This document shows positions 37,913 to 47,700 of a DNA stretch of 64,000 nucleotides, piece after piece. This stretch comes from an uncultured virus (IMG/VR IMGVR_UViG_3300029953_000003) (taxonomy: Duplodnaviria > Heunggongvirae > Uroviricota > Caudoviricetes). The stretch lies in the IMG/VR virus record IMGVR_UViG_3300029953_000003; one strand, given 5' to 3'. The notes under the pieces were generated by a model. It was not told the DNA's origin. It saw nothing but the letters and a program-made list of their open reading frames with translations, and did no database searches. A program made the translations under genes and the position numbers. Within the stretch, counting starts at the first letter, position 1, and every line of letters begins with the position of its first letter.

Positions 37913-39082
37913 ATGTCGGATCGATTCAAGCGCCGGTTTTTCCTGCCCCTCGGCTTCCTGCTCTCGCTGGTCCTGTCCACGCTTTACGCGTGCCGGCAGG
38001 GCCCCGATCCGACTCCGGATCCGAGGGTGCTCGCGCCTGAACCCAGCGCCCAGGGGGCGGGAAGCGGAGCGCTCGGGCAGGTGGCCCTCTCGGTCCCAAG
38101 CGTCATCGGCAACGGGATCGGTTCGTGGACGGCCTCGGGGCTTACTACGATCACCAGCGCCTCTCCAAGCACGCTGACGCGAGGAGACACCTTCGCCGTC
38201 TACGGTTCGAGCACGGGAACGGAGGACACCGCGCCCAGTGACGGATTCGTGGGCCGCGGGACTGTCAACGCCTCTGGCTCTCTCTCCTGGGCGAATGGAT
38301 CGCTTCCTCCCTCGGCTTGGAGCGCGTGGCCGTTTCTTGCTGCGGTGCGAGAGGCTGGCTCGGACGTCTTTTCGCTGACCATCTACATCAACGGGAGCCT
38401 GGGCGGCAGCAGCGGAACCGGCTCGAGTGGCGGCACGACGCTGGTCAACCAGGGCTCTCCCGGTGACGCTGGGGCTGCCTGGTACATGCAGTTGACCGAC
38501 GGTGGCGGCGGGGTCATCTCGCCGGCCACATCGAACAACCAGGTGACCCAGATCACCGAGGAGACGTCGAGTGCCTTTTCACTGACTCTCCTCGCCGAGG
38601 CCGCGGTCGAGAACGGGTCGGCCTTCAACCCGGCCTCGTATCTTCTTCAAGCTGGGGCGGAGAGCCAATCCTCCGGCGATGTCGTGCCGCTCCTTACCGA
38701 CAGCAGCGGCGCGCTTCTTTCGAATCATTCGAGCATCGCGCCCGTTATCGCGACGACGCTTGTAAATCAGCTCCTCATCAAGGGGTCGAGCGGCAAGCAT
38801 ATCTCGACGCTTGTCCAGGTCGACGCAACTGCCCCCACGGCGACGTACTACGTGCAGATGGTCCAGGGGTCCGCTACGTGCCCGGCGGATGGCGCGGTCA
38901 CGTTTCTTCATGTCCCGATCACGGTCATCCATGTCGTGAATACGCCCAATACGGTTGTCTTCGACGATACGGGGGCTCTGGCGTCGTTCACGACAGGTCT
39001 GTGCGTGGACCTGTCGAGCTCTCAGAGCACCAAGACGAGCACGGGTCTATCTTACATTCTCGCCGATTCGAGCGTGCTGTGA
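37913..39082 (+). CDS. Lipoprotein or structural protein containing the shared beta-rich domain
   Basis: FFLPLGFLLSLVLSTLYAC lipobox; GDTFAVYGSSTG...PFLAAVREAGSDVFSLTIYING; VNQGSPG...W motif. Confidence 0.7.
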   Translation: MSDRFKRRFFLPLGFLLSLVLSTLYACRQGPDPTPDPRVLAPEPSAQGAGSGALGQVALSVPSVIGNGIGSWTASGLTTITSASPSTLTRGDTFAVYGSSTGTEDTAPSDGFVGRGTVNASGSLSWANGSLPPSAWSAWPFLAAVREAGSDVFSLTIYINGSLGGSSGTGSSGGTTLVNQGSPGDAGAAWYMQLTDGGGGVISPATSNNQVTQITEETSSAFSLTLLAEAAVENGSAFNPASYLLQAGAESQSSGDVVPLLTDSSGALLSNHSSIAPVIATTLVNQLLIKGSSGKHISTLVQVDATAPTATYYVQMVQGSATCPADGAVTFLHVPITVIHVVNTPNTVVFDDTGALASFTTGLCVDLSSSQSTKTSTGLSYILADSSVL

Positions 39083-39714
39083 TGAGCCGATATTCTTTTC
39101 GCGTATGGTTTGCTGCACTGGCGCTTTGCGCCTGCCTCTTTGCTGGTCGCTCGGATGCCATGACGGGAGGTCTCAGGTCCTCTCCGGTTGCTGCCGCGTC
39201 GAGCCCGACCGGACTCTTCAACGCTGCCGAAGCATCTGCTGCGTATGCGGCGGGAGGGATCTCCCAGGGTCTTGCGACATCAGTAGCCAATCTGTGCGTC
39301 GGCCCCACTTTCGCGGTGTCAAGCTCGGCAATCACGAGCTCAGGAGCCGATTTCTACTGGCGTAACGGCGGTTCGGTCTCGCATCTACTCAAGGCGACGC
39401 TCTGGGACATGGTGACGCTCGCGGCCGTCGGGAGCGGGACCTTGTCGGTCACTGCGGATGGCCGATATCAGATCCCGTGGTCGCCGGTGACACTGGTCGG
39501 CGGTCGCTACTACTGGCTGACCGTGGGGCCGAACGACGGCTCATCCATCTTTGGGTGGACCGTTTTTCCGCCCAACGTGAACGTCAGCGCCCAGCTCTTC
39601 GGGCTGATGTCTGTCTACCCGTACCTGTCCAACTACACGACCACCAACGCGGCGGTGGTTGCTGGCAACTATTCCCAATTCGCAAGCGTCTGGCCGATTC
39701 TCTCGGGCAACTGA
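39082..39714 (+). CDS. Secreted beta-sandwich protein (DUF4082-like)
   Basis: Signal peptide MSRYSFRVWFAALALCACLFA; VGPTF...GADFYW...ATLWD...PVTLVGGRYY; TGATG coupling to the upstream gene. Confidence 0.6.
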   Translation: MSRYSFRVWFAALALCACLFAGRSDAMTGGLRSSPVAAASSPTGLFNAAEASAAYAAGGISQGLATSVANLCVGPTFAVSSSAITSSGADFYWRNGGSVSHLLKATLWDMVTLAAVGSGTLSVTADGRYQIPWSPVTLVGGRYYWLTVGPNDGSSIFGWTVFPPNVNVSAQLFGLMSVYPYLSNYTTTNAAVVAGNYSQFASVWPILSGN

Positions 39715-39736
39715 TTTCTTGACGTGAATAGCGCAG

Positions 39737-40099
39737 CTACTTTTGCGCGCGGACGCGACGGATGACCTCAGCGGCGCGTTGGCTGGGGGTCAGGGTAAGG
39801 AACCCTCGGCCCCTGGCGATCGCGTAGGGGACCGGCGTCTTGAACTGCGACGAGGTCAGATCAATGAAGCTTCCGTCCTTGAGACGGAGAAACCAGTGCT
39901 GGTCGCCCTCGTGCTTCACGTTCATCGGGGTCGCGCCCGTCTTGGCGCCGCCCAGGAGGTGGTAGAGCGCTTCGGTGGCCACGTAGCAGTGCCCCAGGAG
40001 CGGGTTTGGATCGCCGCGATATTTTGGCTTGCGCAGATCGTCGGAGAGTGCTGCGACCACACGCTGACCTAGCCGCTCGACCTCGCTTCGCGTTTTCAT
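39737..40099 (-). CDS. Small transglutaminase/papain-like fold protein (putative Cys-His-Asp triad)
   Basis: GHCYVATEALY...HWFL...IDLTSSQF. Confidence 0.65.
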   Translation of the reverse strand: MKTRSEVERLGQRVVAALSDDLRKPKYRGDPNPLLGHCYVATEALYHLLGGAKTGATPMNVKHEGDQHWFLRLKDGSFIDLTSSQFKTPVPYAIARGRGFLTLTPSQRAAEVIRRVRAQK

Positions 40100-40479
40100 G
40101 GCGGATCTTTTAGCACGCCTTCATGGGCCTGAGGTCAAGGCCGCACGAGGAGGGCGCCCACGCCGTACCTACGCGATCACCGAAAGGGGGAGGAAGATGG
40201 CGGAGAAGCATCGCGCAACCGCGCTCGCGCTGACCGGCTTCATGCCGGCGGCGCATGGGCTTCGACGAGCCCTTGACCTTCGAGTTCACGCAGCTTCGGG
40301 TACACGCTTCCGTGTCCGAGCACGAGTCTTCCGCGGGTTCGCTCCTTGACGCGCCGAATGAGCTCGAGCCCATGACCAGGACCGGCGAGGAGCACCTGGA
40401 GGATGGCGGCCTCGGCGCTCACGGGTGCTCGTCCAACGCGCGCAGGCGCGTGGGGCGTGGGGCACTTTTCTTCGAACAT
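40096..40479 (-). pseudogene. padR: PadR-family regulator split by an internal 136-bp inversion
   Basis: Minus strand gives AILQVLLAGPGHGLELIRRV...GSVYPKLRELEGQGLVEAH. The rest (RGGRPRRTYAITERG...) is on the plus strand at 40122-40257. Confidence 0.8.
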
Positions 40480-40524
40480 CTTCGTTTCTACACTCTTGGT
40501 CTTGTCCGTGATACGCTCGACGAC

Positions 40525-40950
40525 GTGTCCACACGTACGCAGCTTGACCGGATCGAAGAAAGCCTTCGCATTCTTGCCGATCTGGCGAGCGCCATCCTCT
40601 TGACCCTTCAGGGAGCCCCCATGGCCGATCTCTCGAGTCTCACCGCTGCTGTCGCCGCCGCCCAGGCTGGCGACGCTTCCGCCGTCACCCTCATCCAGGG
40701 CCTGGCCGCCCAGATCGCCGCCTCCGCCACGGACCCCGCGGCCGTCACGGCGCTGGCCAACCAGCTCAACAACAGCACCGCGACGCTCATCGCCGCGCTC
40801 AACGTGCCCGGAACCAACCCGGCGCCCCCCGCCCTCGTGATCCCCGCGCCGGTCGCGGTGACTCCCGTCGCGTCCGCCACGACCCCTGCGCCTTCCTCGA
40901 CCCCTGCACCGGCTGCCCCCGCCGCGCCGGCTGCTCCCGCCGCTTCCTGA
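40525..40950 (+). CDS. Ala-rich coiled-coil phage-type protein with a Pro/Ala tail
   Basis: QLDRIEESL...MADLSSLTAAV...DPAAVTALANQL; alternative start ATG 40621. Confidence 0.6.
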   Translation: MSTRTQLDRIEESLRILADLASAILLTLQGAPMADLSSLTAAVAAAQAGDASAVTLIQGLAAQIAASATDPAAVTALANQLNNSTATLIAALNVPGTNPAPPALVIPAPVAVTPVASATTPAPSSTPAPAAPAAPAAPAAS

Positions 40951-41008
40951 TCTCCCCGCCTGTACGGGCCTGCCTCTGTCTTTGGACAGTGGCAGGCCCC
41001 GCTTCCCC

Positions 41009-41323
41009 TTACTTGTTCATGTCGCGCCAGCAACGAGCGATGACGCTCAAGACGCCTGCCTTTGTGCGCCTGAAGTCCTTCGCCTCGCAGGAGAACGAAA
41101 TCTCGGGCAAGGAGCTGGCGGTGCCGTAGACAGCGTTGAACGCGGCAGAAATGCGCTCTGTGTACGCGTAGGCTTCCTTCGATCCGGTGGCGCCGCCCTT
41201 GAGGCATCCGTGCTGGATCCAGTAGAACAAATCGATCGGGACTTGAACCGAGCATGAATAGCCAACGATCTCGACGTTGAGCGCGGGCGTGAGCGGAGGC
41301 TTTGCGGTCGAACGGAGGCTCAT
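41009..41323 (-). CDS. Hypothetical protein
   Basis: MSLRSTAKPP...; directly downstream of 41326..41868. Confidence 0.55.
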   Translation of the reverse strand: MSLRSTAKPPLTPALNVEIVGYSCSVQVPIDLFYWIQHGCLKGGATGSKEAYAYTERISAAFNAVYGTASSLPEISFSCEAKDFRRTKAGVLSVIARCWRDMNK

Positions 41324-41325
41324 GC

Positions 41326-41868
41326 TCAGGCTGCCTTGCTCGAGAGAGCGGCGAGAACGGCGTGCCGGTGGCCGCCGCGCGTGCCCACGTGCTGCCCGAT
41401 CGGCGCGGTCGCGATGGCGCGCTCGATGGCGGTTCCGGCGGCGAGCACGGCCTCGGTCGAGAGGCAGAGCTCGCCCCGCGACCCGTCGCGGGTGAGATCC
41501 AGGTTGCGGCGGAGCACCACCACGGATCCTGCCGTGCGGATGTTGTAGGCGCGCCGGAAGCTCTCGGGACATCCGGTGGCGTGGTAGGTGAGCGCCGAGG
41601 CGATCCGCCGGATCTGGAGGACAGCATCCTCCTCGGTCATCTCGCGCACGATGCGCTGGGCCTCCACCTTGTTCTTGGGGCTCCGGTGCGAGAGGCCGCA
41701 GTTGCCCATGTCGTGGATCAAGACCTGCTGGGTCTCCGGGCAGGTCACCGACCAGAAGCGCTCGTCTCCGCCGGACGCGCCGCGCCTGTCGTGGGTCGCG
41801 TCGATCCATGCGAACATGGCGGCGTAGACGTCGGTGCGGGCGAGGTTGGCAGCGAATGTTTTTTCCAT
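41326..41868 (-). CDS. Hypothetical protein; C-terminal half weakly resembles the GreA/GreB C-terminal domain
   Basis: GSVVVLRR...GTAIERAIATAPIGQHV; lies directly behind an operator-containing promoter. Confidence 0.55.
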   Translation of the reverse strand: MEKTFAANLARTDVYAAMFAWIDATHDRRGASGGDERFWSVTCPETQQVLIHDMGNCGLSHRSPKNKVEAQRIVREMTEEDAVLQIRRIASALTYHATGCPESFRRAYNIRTAGSVVVLRRNLDLTRDGSRGELCLSTEAVLAAGTAIERAIATAPIGQHVGTRGGHRHAVLAALSSKAA

Positions 41869-41874
41869 TCGCTC

Positions 41875-41918
41875 AGCCTAGGGCCTGGATTCAGGAGTGT
41901 CAAGATACTTTTCTTGCT
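41875..41918 (-). promoter_or_regulatory. Sigma70-type promoter with palindromic operator
   Basis: TTGACA-17-TAGGCT-6-ATG; operator GTCAAGATACTTTTCTTGC. Confidence 0.75.
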
Positions 41919-42202
41919 AACTCTTCAGAGCGTTGATCTTGTTGAGGATCGCTTGGGAGGACGCGTCGCGAATGGTCCAGAGTCAGTGAGATCTCGGTCA
42001 CGCTCCACGCTCCGCGACCGGACGGAGTTGCGTCTGTAGATGCAAAGCTCGGGCCGCGCAACGATCTGAGCCCTTCGTCTTTTGCGGGCCACTCATGCTT
42101 GCGCTGTTCGCAGCGCAGCCCATACGCACGCTCACGAAGGGGTCGATCGCGAGCGCGACGATCGCGATCGCGATGAGCTTTTTGGTGCGGCCCATTGCTT
42201 GG

Positions 42203-42763
42203 CTACTTCCGCGGGAGAGCTGCGCGGCGAACGTTCTCCTTCGCCATGAGCTGGAAGGCTCTGTTGGTGACCTCCTTCGCGGGATCGTAGTCGCCGTGGA
42301 ACCAAGCGAGAACATCGGGCTCGTCGTGGCCTCGCCTGAGCTCTCTCGCTGCCTCGCGCCAGTCCTCCAGGCGCGGGCAGTCGAGCGGCTTGTTCGCCAT
42401 CGAGAGATCGCTCAGCTCGCGGTCAGAAATCTTCTTTTTCGTTACGTGGCCCCAGTGGGCTTCTTTCTGGAGCTTCTTCACGCGTTCGAGATCGGCGTGG
42501 CGGAACTTGGCGATGGCCTGGCCCATGCGCTGACAGTGCTTCGGGAGCCAGCTAAAGCTCGACTTGGAGCCGCCGTGGTGCCACGTGTCGGCGTAGATCG
42601 CGTACGGTTGAATGCCCGCACGCGTGAGAACGTCCCCAAGGGCTCTTTCGGCTTCCGCCTTGGTCTTGGCGTGAACGATCACCGTGCCCTCGTAGGCGTC
42701 GACGTTCTTGTCGAACCTGGCCTCGGCGCCGATCATGGGCTCGGAGAGCGAAAGCGGCTTCAT
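42203..42763 (-). CDS. Hypothetical protein
   Basis: MKPLSLSEPMIG...; 186 aa. Confidence 0.6.
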   Translation of the reverse strand: MKPLSLSEPMIGAEARFDKNVDAYEGTVIVHAKTKAEAERALGDVLTRAGIQPYAIYADTWHHGGSKSSFSWLPKHCQRMGQAIAKFRHADLERVKKLQKEAHWGHVTKKKISDRELSDLSMANKPLDCPRLEDWREAARELRRGHDEPDVLAWFHGDYDPAKEVTNRAFQLMAKENVRRAALPRK

Positions 42764-42862
42764 GGTCGACGACCCTACCACGAATGGTGGTGGGCGTGCC
42801 TCGTCATGAACTGCCTTCCGCTAAGCTTGGTTGCGGTGAGCCGCGACGTGGGCGTCCAGCGT

Positions 42863-43063
42863 TCACGGCGAGCCGGCATCGAGTCGGCATTGAGCGCGGC
42901 ACATCGGCGCCTTGCATCGGTGCCCATGGCACACGCGCGCAAGCTGCTCGGGGCTCACGATTGGCGCCGCCGTCGGATAGGGGCTGGTTGGCGTTGGCTC
43001 GGGGGCCGGTGTTGGCGACGTGCACGCGGAAATCAGGAGCGCGAAAAGAGCGGTATGTTTCAT
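42863..43063 (-). CDS. Small Cys-rich lipoprotein
   Basis: MKHTALFALLISAC; ATGA overlap with the upstream gene. Confidence 0.6.
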   Translation of the reverse strand: MKHTALFALLISACTSPTPAPEPTPTSPYPTAAPIVSPEQLARVCHGHRCKAPMCRAQCRLDAGSP

Positions 43064-44592
43064 TGGTGCACCACGATCCCTGCGCCGTTAGCGATATTGT
43101 ATTGCGGCAGAGAGCCTGCGGCGCCCCCTCCGTCGAAGATGGATCCTCCGATGCTATACGGACTGTACGCCTGCGTCCCGGTCAGGACGAGCGGGTTGGT
43201 CGATGGATACGTGAGCAGGGATCCGCTGTAGGCCTGCACGGCGTACTGCGTCGATCCGTAGCCGTGGCACCACCCGTAAGATCCCGTGTCGACGATGATC
43301 GCGGCGGAGCTGCCATCCAGCATGATGCACGGGTGAGTGCCGCTCAGAATCGACACGGGGCCGGAGATCTCGAATGTCCCGCGGCCGTCACGGCTGCCCA
43401 CGTGGATGTACCCACCGCCGAGGGTCATGCCCACGATGTTGTTGAATGTTAGCTCGACGAGTCCGTGATCTTGCGCAAAGACGTTGTCGAATAGGCCGCC
43501 CCAGCTATCGAGACGCCCATACCCACCGTATCCGATCCACGCCGAGCCGTACGACTCGACGGCCGATGCACCGTCTTGTGTCTGTGACCCGGCGATGATC
43601 GAGGACTGGAAGACGGTCTCAAAATCGTAGGCTGCGTTTCCGGCGATCTCGACGCTGTTGGGGTAGTTCCCGATCTCCACGTTGTTGAACGTCGTGTAAC
43701 CATCGAGCACGACGAGCGACGTCGCTGCGGTCGTCGACAACTGGGTCAGCGTGCACACCGACACGTTGTCACCCGTGGTCGGCTCGCCCTGGACGTAGCT
43801 TCCGGGGATCGACCCCCCGGGCGTGAGGAAGGTGCCCGCGTCGATCTGCGGACCGACGAGGATTCCGAGCCCCGCATTCGGGCCGGTGTTGTCCTGCAAG
43901 ATGTACCCGTTGGCCGTCGACAGCGCCCCGGCGTCGAGCCCCGATACGTAGGCCGTCCCCTCCTGGTGCGCGCTGCCGTTCCACGGCGTGTAGTGCGTCA
44001 GCGTGTACGACCCGGCGCACGTGCGGGTCCCGTTGATCGAGATGCCACCGAAAACGTAATTCGAGCCGGGGACGCCGCGCGTGCGGATCAGGTAGCTGTT
44101 GTTCGCGAACGAGCCGGAAAGGTTGATGTTGACCTGCGTGTAGAGGTACTGATCTCCGATGCGGCGGAGCACCTCGGCGAGGTCTTGGCAGGCGCCTGCG
44201 CCCGACGTCAGGCACGCGTTACCGTCGTTGCCGTTGACCGAGTCGACGTACCATTGAGTGACATAGTTGGCTCCAACCACCCCGACCGGGTTGGCCAACC
44301 AGCACCCTGCACCTCCGTCTGCTCCAGCAGCACTGAGGCATGTTACTCCACCGATGGTGCAGGTGCAGGATGACTGGTACGTGTAGCAGCCCGTCGTGAC
44401 GACGCAGGCTTCTGCATCTTGTGCGAGGTAGGCTGTCGAAGCCGCAGAAAGAGCGGCTGGACTCGCGTACACCGGGAAGCTGACGGCAGAGAACGACGCC
44501 TGTCCGCTCACGATTCCTGAGCTAACGAGAATCGCCGCGACGATAAAAAAGAAAAGAATAGCGACTCGCGCCTTTGCTTTGTCGTGGCTCAT
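43060..44592 (-). CDS. Secreted or virion fibre/adhesin-like protein (Cys-rich-head family)
   Basis: Signal/TM segment; AVSFPVYASPAALSAA...GADGGAGCW; WYVDSVNGNDGNAC...ACQDLAE; Gly/Ser/Tyr beta-rich C-terminus. Confidence 0.75.
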   Translation of the reverse strand: MSHDKAKARVAILFFFIVAAILVSSGIVSGQASFSAVSFPVYASPAALSAASTAYLAQDAEACVVTTGCYTYQSSCTCTIGGVTCLSAAGADGGAGCWLANPVGVVGANYVTQWYVDSVNGNDGNACLTSGAGACQDLAEVLRRIGDQYLYTQVNINLSGSFANNSYLIRTRGVPGSNYVFGGISINGTRTCAGSYTLTHYTPWNGSAHQEGTAYVSGLDAGALSTANGYILQDNTGPNAGLGILVGPQIDAGTFLTPGGSIPGSYVQGEPTTGDNVSVCTLTQLSTTAATSLVVLDGYTTFNNVEIGNYPNSVEIAGNAAYDFETVFQSSIIAGSQTQDGASAVESYGSAWIGYGGYGRLDSWGGLFDNVFAQDHGLVELTFNNIVGMTLGGGYIHVGSRDGRGTFEISGPVSILSGTHPCIMLDGSSAAIIVDTGSYGWCHGYGSTQYAVQAYSGSLLTYPSTNPLVLTGTQAYSPYSIGGSIFDGGGAAGSLPQYNIANGAGIVVHQ

Positions 44593-44709
44593 GATTTGAC
44601 AATCATCTCCGATGATTGTAGCGGAGTCAAGCTCGCGCTTTTTATTGCAAACCGCGGTTTTCGTTGGCGCCGGAGGAAAGGCCCATGGTGCGCCATGGGC
44701 CATGCGTCT

Positions 44710-47700
44710 CTATTCCTCCGTGATGGCGAAGTCTCCGACCGTCTCCACGACGCGCACGGCGTGAATCGCGCCAGCATCACGCCGATCGCCGGCGAAGGCG
44801 TAGACGGTCCCCTCCGGCGCCTTGGCCTCGTTGAGCCGGCCCGCCACAGCCAGCTCGGCAAGCTGTCGCTGCTTGTCTTTCGTCGATCGGGCGTTGGCCA
44901 TCTCGATGTCCACGGCCTCGAGGACGCTCTTTTTCCGGACCAGGTGCCCTTGCATGTCGAGCACGAGGAGCTCGCCGAATCCGCCGCGACCTCCGCGTCC
45001 TGCCCAGACGACGCCGCCGTCAACTTCGTAGGGCTTGACGCGTTCCAGATCGCGGTGGCCCAGCCGCTTGAAGACGGCGAGCGGGGGCACGTGGTCCTCG
45101 GGGCCAGCGACGCGGATGCGGCCTTCGGCGAGCCAGGCGGCGACGGTCGGGAGGTCAGCCACGATGTCCCCGTTTTCCTCGACGACGTTTGCCTTGGTCG
45201 GGTCTTCTGCGGGCCACCCGCGGACGATTTTGATCGTGCACCAGACGTGCGGATCGCGTCCGCCGACGTGACCGCCGTAGATACCCGGCCGTGACGATGC
45301 GCCTGGATCGATCAACGAGACGCCTTCGTGGACGATCGCGAGGCATCGCGCCCATTCGACTTCCTTTGCCTTTGCGTCGCGATCCGCGCTTCTTCTGACC
45401 TTTTCGGCTCGCGCATCGTCCCAGGTGATCCCGTGGGCGTTCCAGGCTTCCCAGTTCTCGTCGGTGCCATCGAGCATGCTGTCGCTGACCGTGACGATCC
45501 AGCCGAGCCCTTCTTTCCGACGCGCGTCGTGCTCCTGCTGACGGACGCGCTCGTTTTCAATTTTTGTCGCGTTCCTCTGGTCTTCAACGCGCGGGTCTTC
45601 CATCCAGCTACCGTCGATTCCGGAGCTGTAGCGCCTCATCTGCCAGTCGAGATGGTCAGGGTTGATCGCGACACGGCGAAGCGCCTTTCCGTGCCACATG
45701 CCGCAGTCCTCGACGGTCTTCGTCCCCATGCCGTCGTAGCCCGCCTGGGCGGTGGTCCACACGCTTTTCCAGGTGGTGCGTACTCCGTCGTGGTATGCGG
45801 CCTCGAGCGCGCGACTGTCGACCCTCACTCTTGCGTTGCGAAGCGCTTCAAGATGAGCGTGGATCTCGTCGCTCTCTTCCCACTCACGAAGCTCTTTCCC
45901 TGCCTCGCCTGCTGCTCGGGCCATGGCGTAAAGCTCGACAGGCGTAACTGCATTCGCAGGAGGAGACGGGAGGCGCGCCTCGACTGCACCTGCGTATTCG
46001 ATCTTCTCGATCTCCTTCTCTGCTTCGAGGAGCACACTCTCAGGCGCGCCTTGCGCGACGGCATCGAGTGCCGTCTTGGCGATTTCTTCTTTCGCGTCGC
46101 TGGCCAGCTTGTACACGATGTTGGGCGCGGAGCGGTCGACGACGATGGCGCCTGCGCGGATCAGCCTCTCCTCGGATGCGCTGTTCTTCGAACGGTCGCG
46201 TGACCCGACCTTGATCAGCGCCTCGGCGAGCTTGAACGGCTCCATGGGACCGTGCCTGCGCAGGAGGTCGAGGACCTTCGCGTCAATCTTCGACTCGAGC
46301 GGGTCCACGCTCGGGGTCGTGGCGGGAGCGCCGGCAGATGCGGTAGATCCAGCGACGCTATCGAGCGCGATTCTGGCGGCTTGCTCGGCGCTTTTGCCTT
46401 CCCGGATGGCTGCGCCGGCAGCCTTCGTAACCTCGGGGAAGTCGTTCACGTCGCCGCGGAAGTAGGCCCGGCCCATCTCGGCGACAGCGGGAGAGTTGAG
46501 CACGTCCACGTAGTGCGCGGCGGCGTTTTTGGTGGCGAATTTTCCCGACGAAAGCCCCGTAGGCTCGTGGGTCACCGAGAACTTCTCGGCGGCTTCGACG
46601 TCGCTGGGCTCGCCGGGCGTCTCGTGGACTGCGTAGTCGCCTGCGCGGTAGAGCGACCTGACCATGCTCACCTTGCCATCAAACCGGATGCGGATTTCGC
46701 CTTCTTCGATGGACGCGTCCTTCGGCAGAGTCGACCTCTTGATGAAGGCGACGCGCGCGCGACCCTCGGCAAGATCGCGTTCGGCCTGTGGCATGGCCAT
46801 CGCCGCCGCGTACGGCTTGAGCTCCTCCACGCTGGCGACAGCCTCGAGAGCCATCGCCTCGGGATCGCGCGGCGTCGCGAGATCCATCTCGAGACTTGCG
46901 ATCTCTTCTTTCGCGCTGGCGAGCCTGCCGGCATAGTAGGCGGCGCTTTCTTCGCGGGCCTTGGCTGCGCCGGTGGACTCCTTGGTCTCCAGGGCGTCAT
47001 GAAGAGCGAGCCGCAGGCTTGTCTTGAGGCTGTCCTGATCGGCGTCGCGCTGGAGCCGCTGGAGCGATTGCTGTCCGTCGGCGATGCTCTTCGCAGTGAC
47101 AGCGCGAATCGTCTCCAGGTTGGAGACGATCTTCTTGGTCACTGCGCGGAAAAGACGCGGCGCCTCGATCAGAACGAAATCGTCGAAGGCGCTTGTGCCG
47201 CGACGGATGCGCTGGCTTTTGATCCTTTGCGCAAGCTGGCTACGCCAGCCCTCGATCATGGATAGCTCGCGTAGATCGTAGGGGTTTTCGTGGTCGCGGT
47301 AGTGCCTGCCGGCGTACGGCTCTTTCCATGTCGTGGCGATTCCGTCCATTGCCCTCGCGATCTGCTCGACGGTGACCTCGCTGGCCTTCATGTGCGCCAG
47401 CGGGTCGTGCCACATGTCCGCGTAGGCGTTCCCGAGCGGCGTGTTGAAGGGCTTCCGGTAGGGGTCGAGCCGCGGGTCGCTCTCGGGCCACCCCGTGCTC
47501 AGCGCGACGGCGGCCAAGCCCTGGGCGGCGTCCGTGAAGTCATGCGGGTCGCCGCGCTTCTCGCTCGCCTTCTTTGCGGCGCTGCGCATGAGCGCGGTCG
47601 CTCGGTCGTCCGGCGTTCCTGCGGCCTGCTCGCCGGTGAGCCCCTCGCGCAGCTCGAGCAGCTCGTCGCGGCGAGTCGTTTTCGCGAGACGCCCCGCGTA

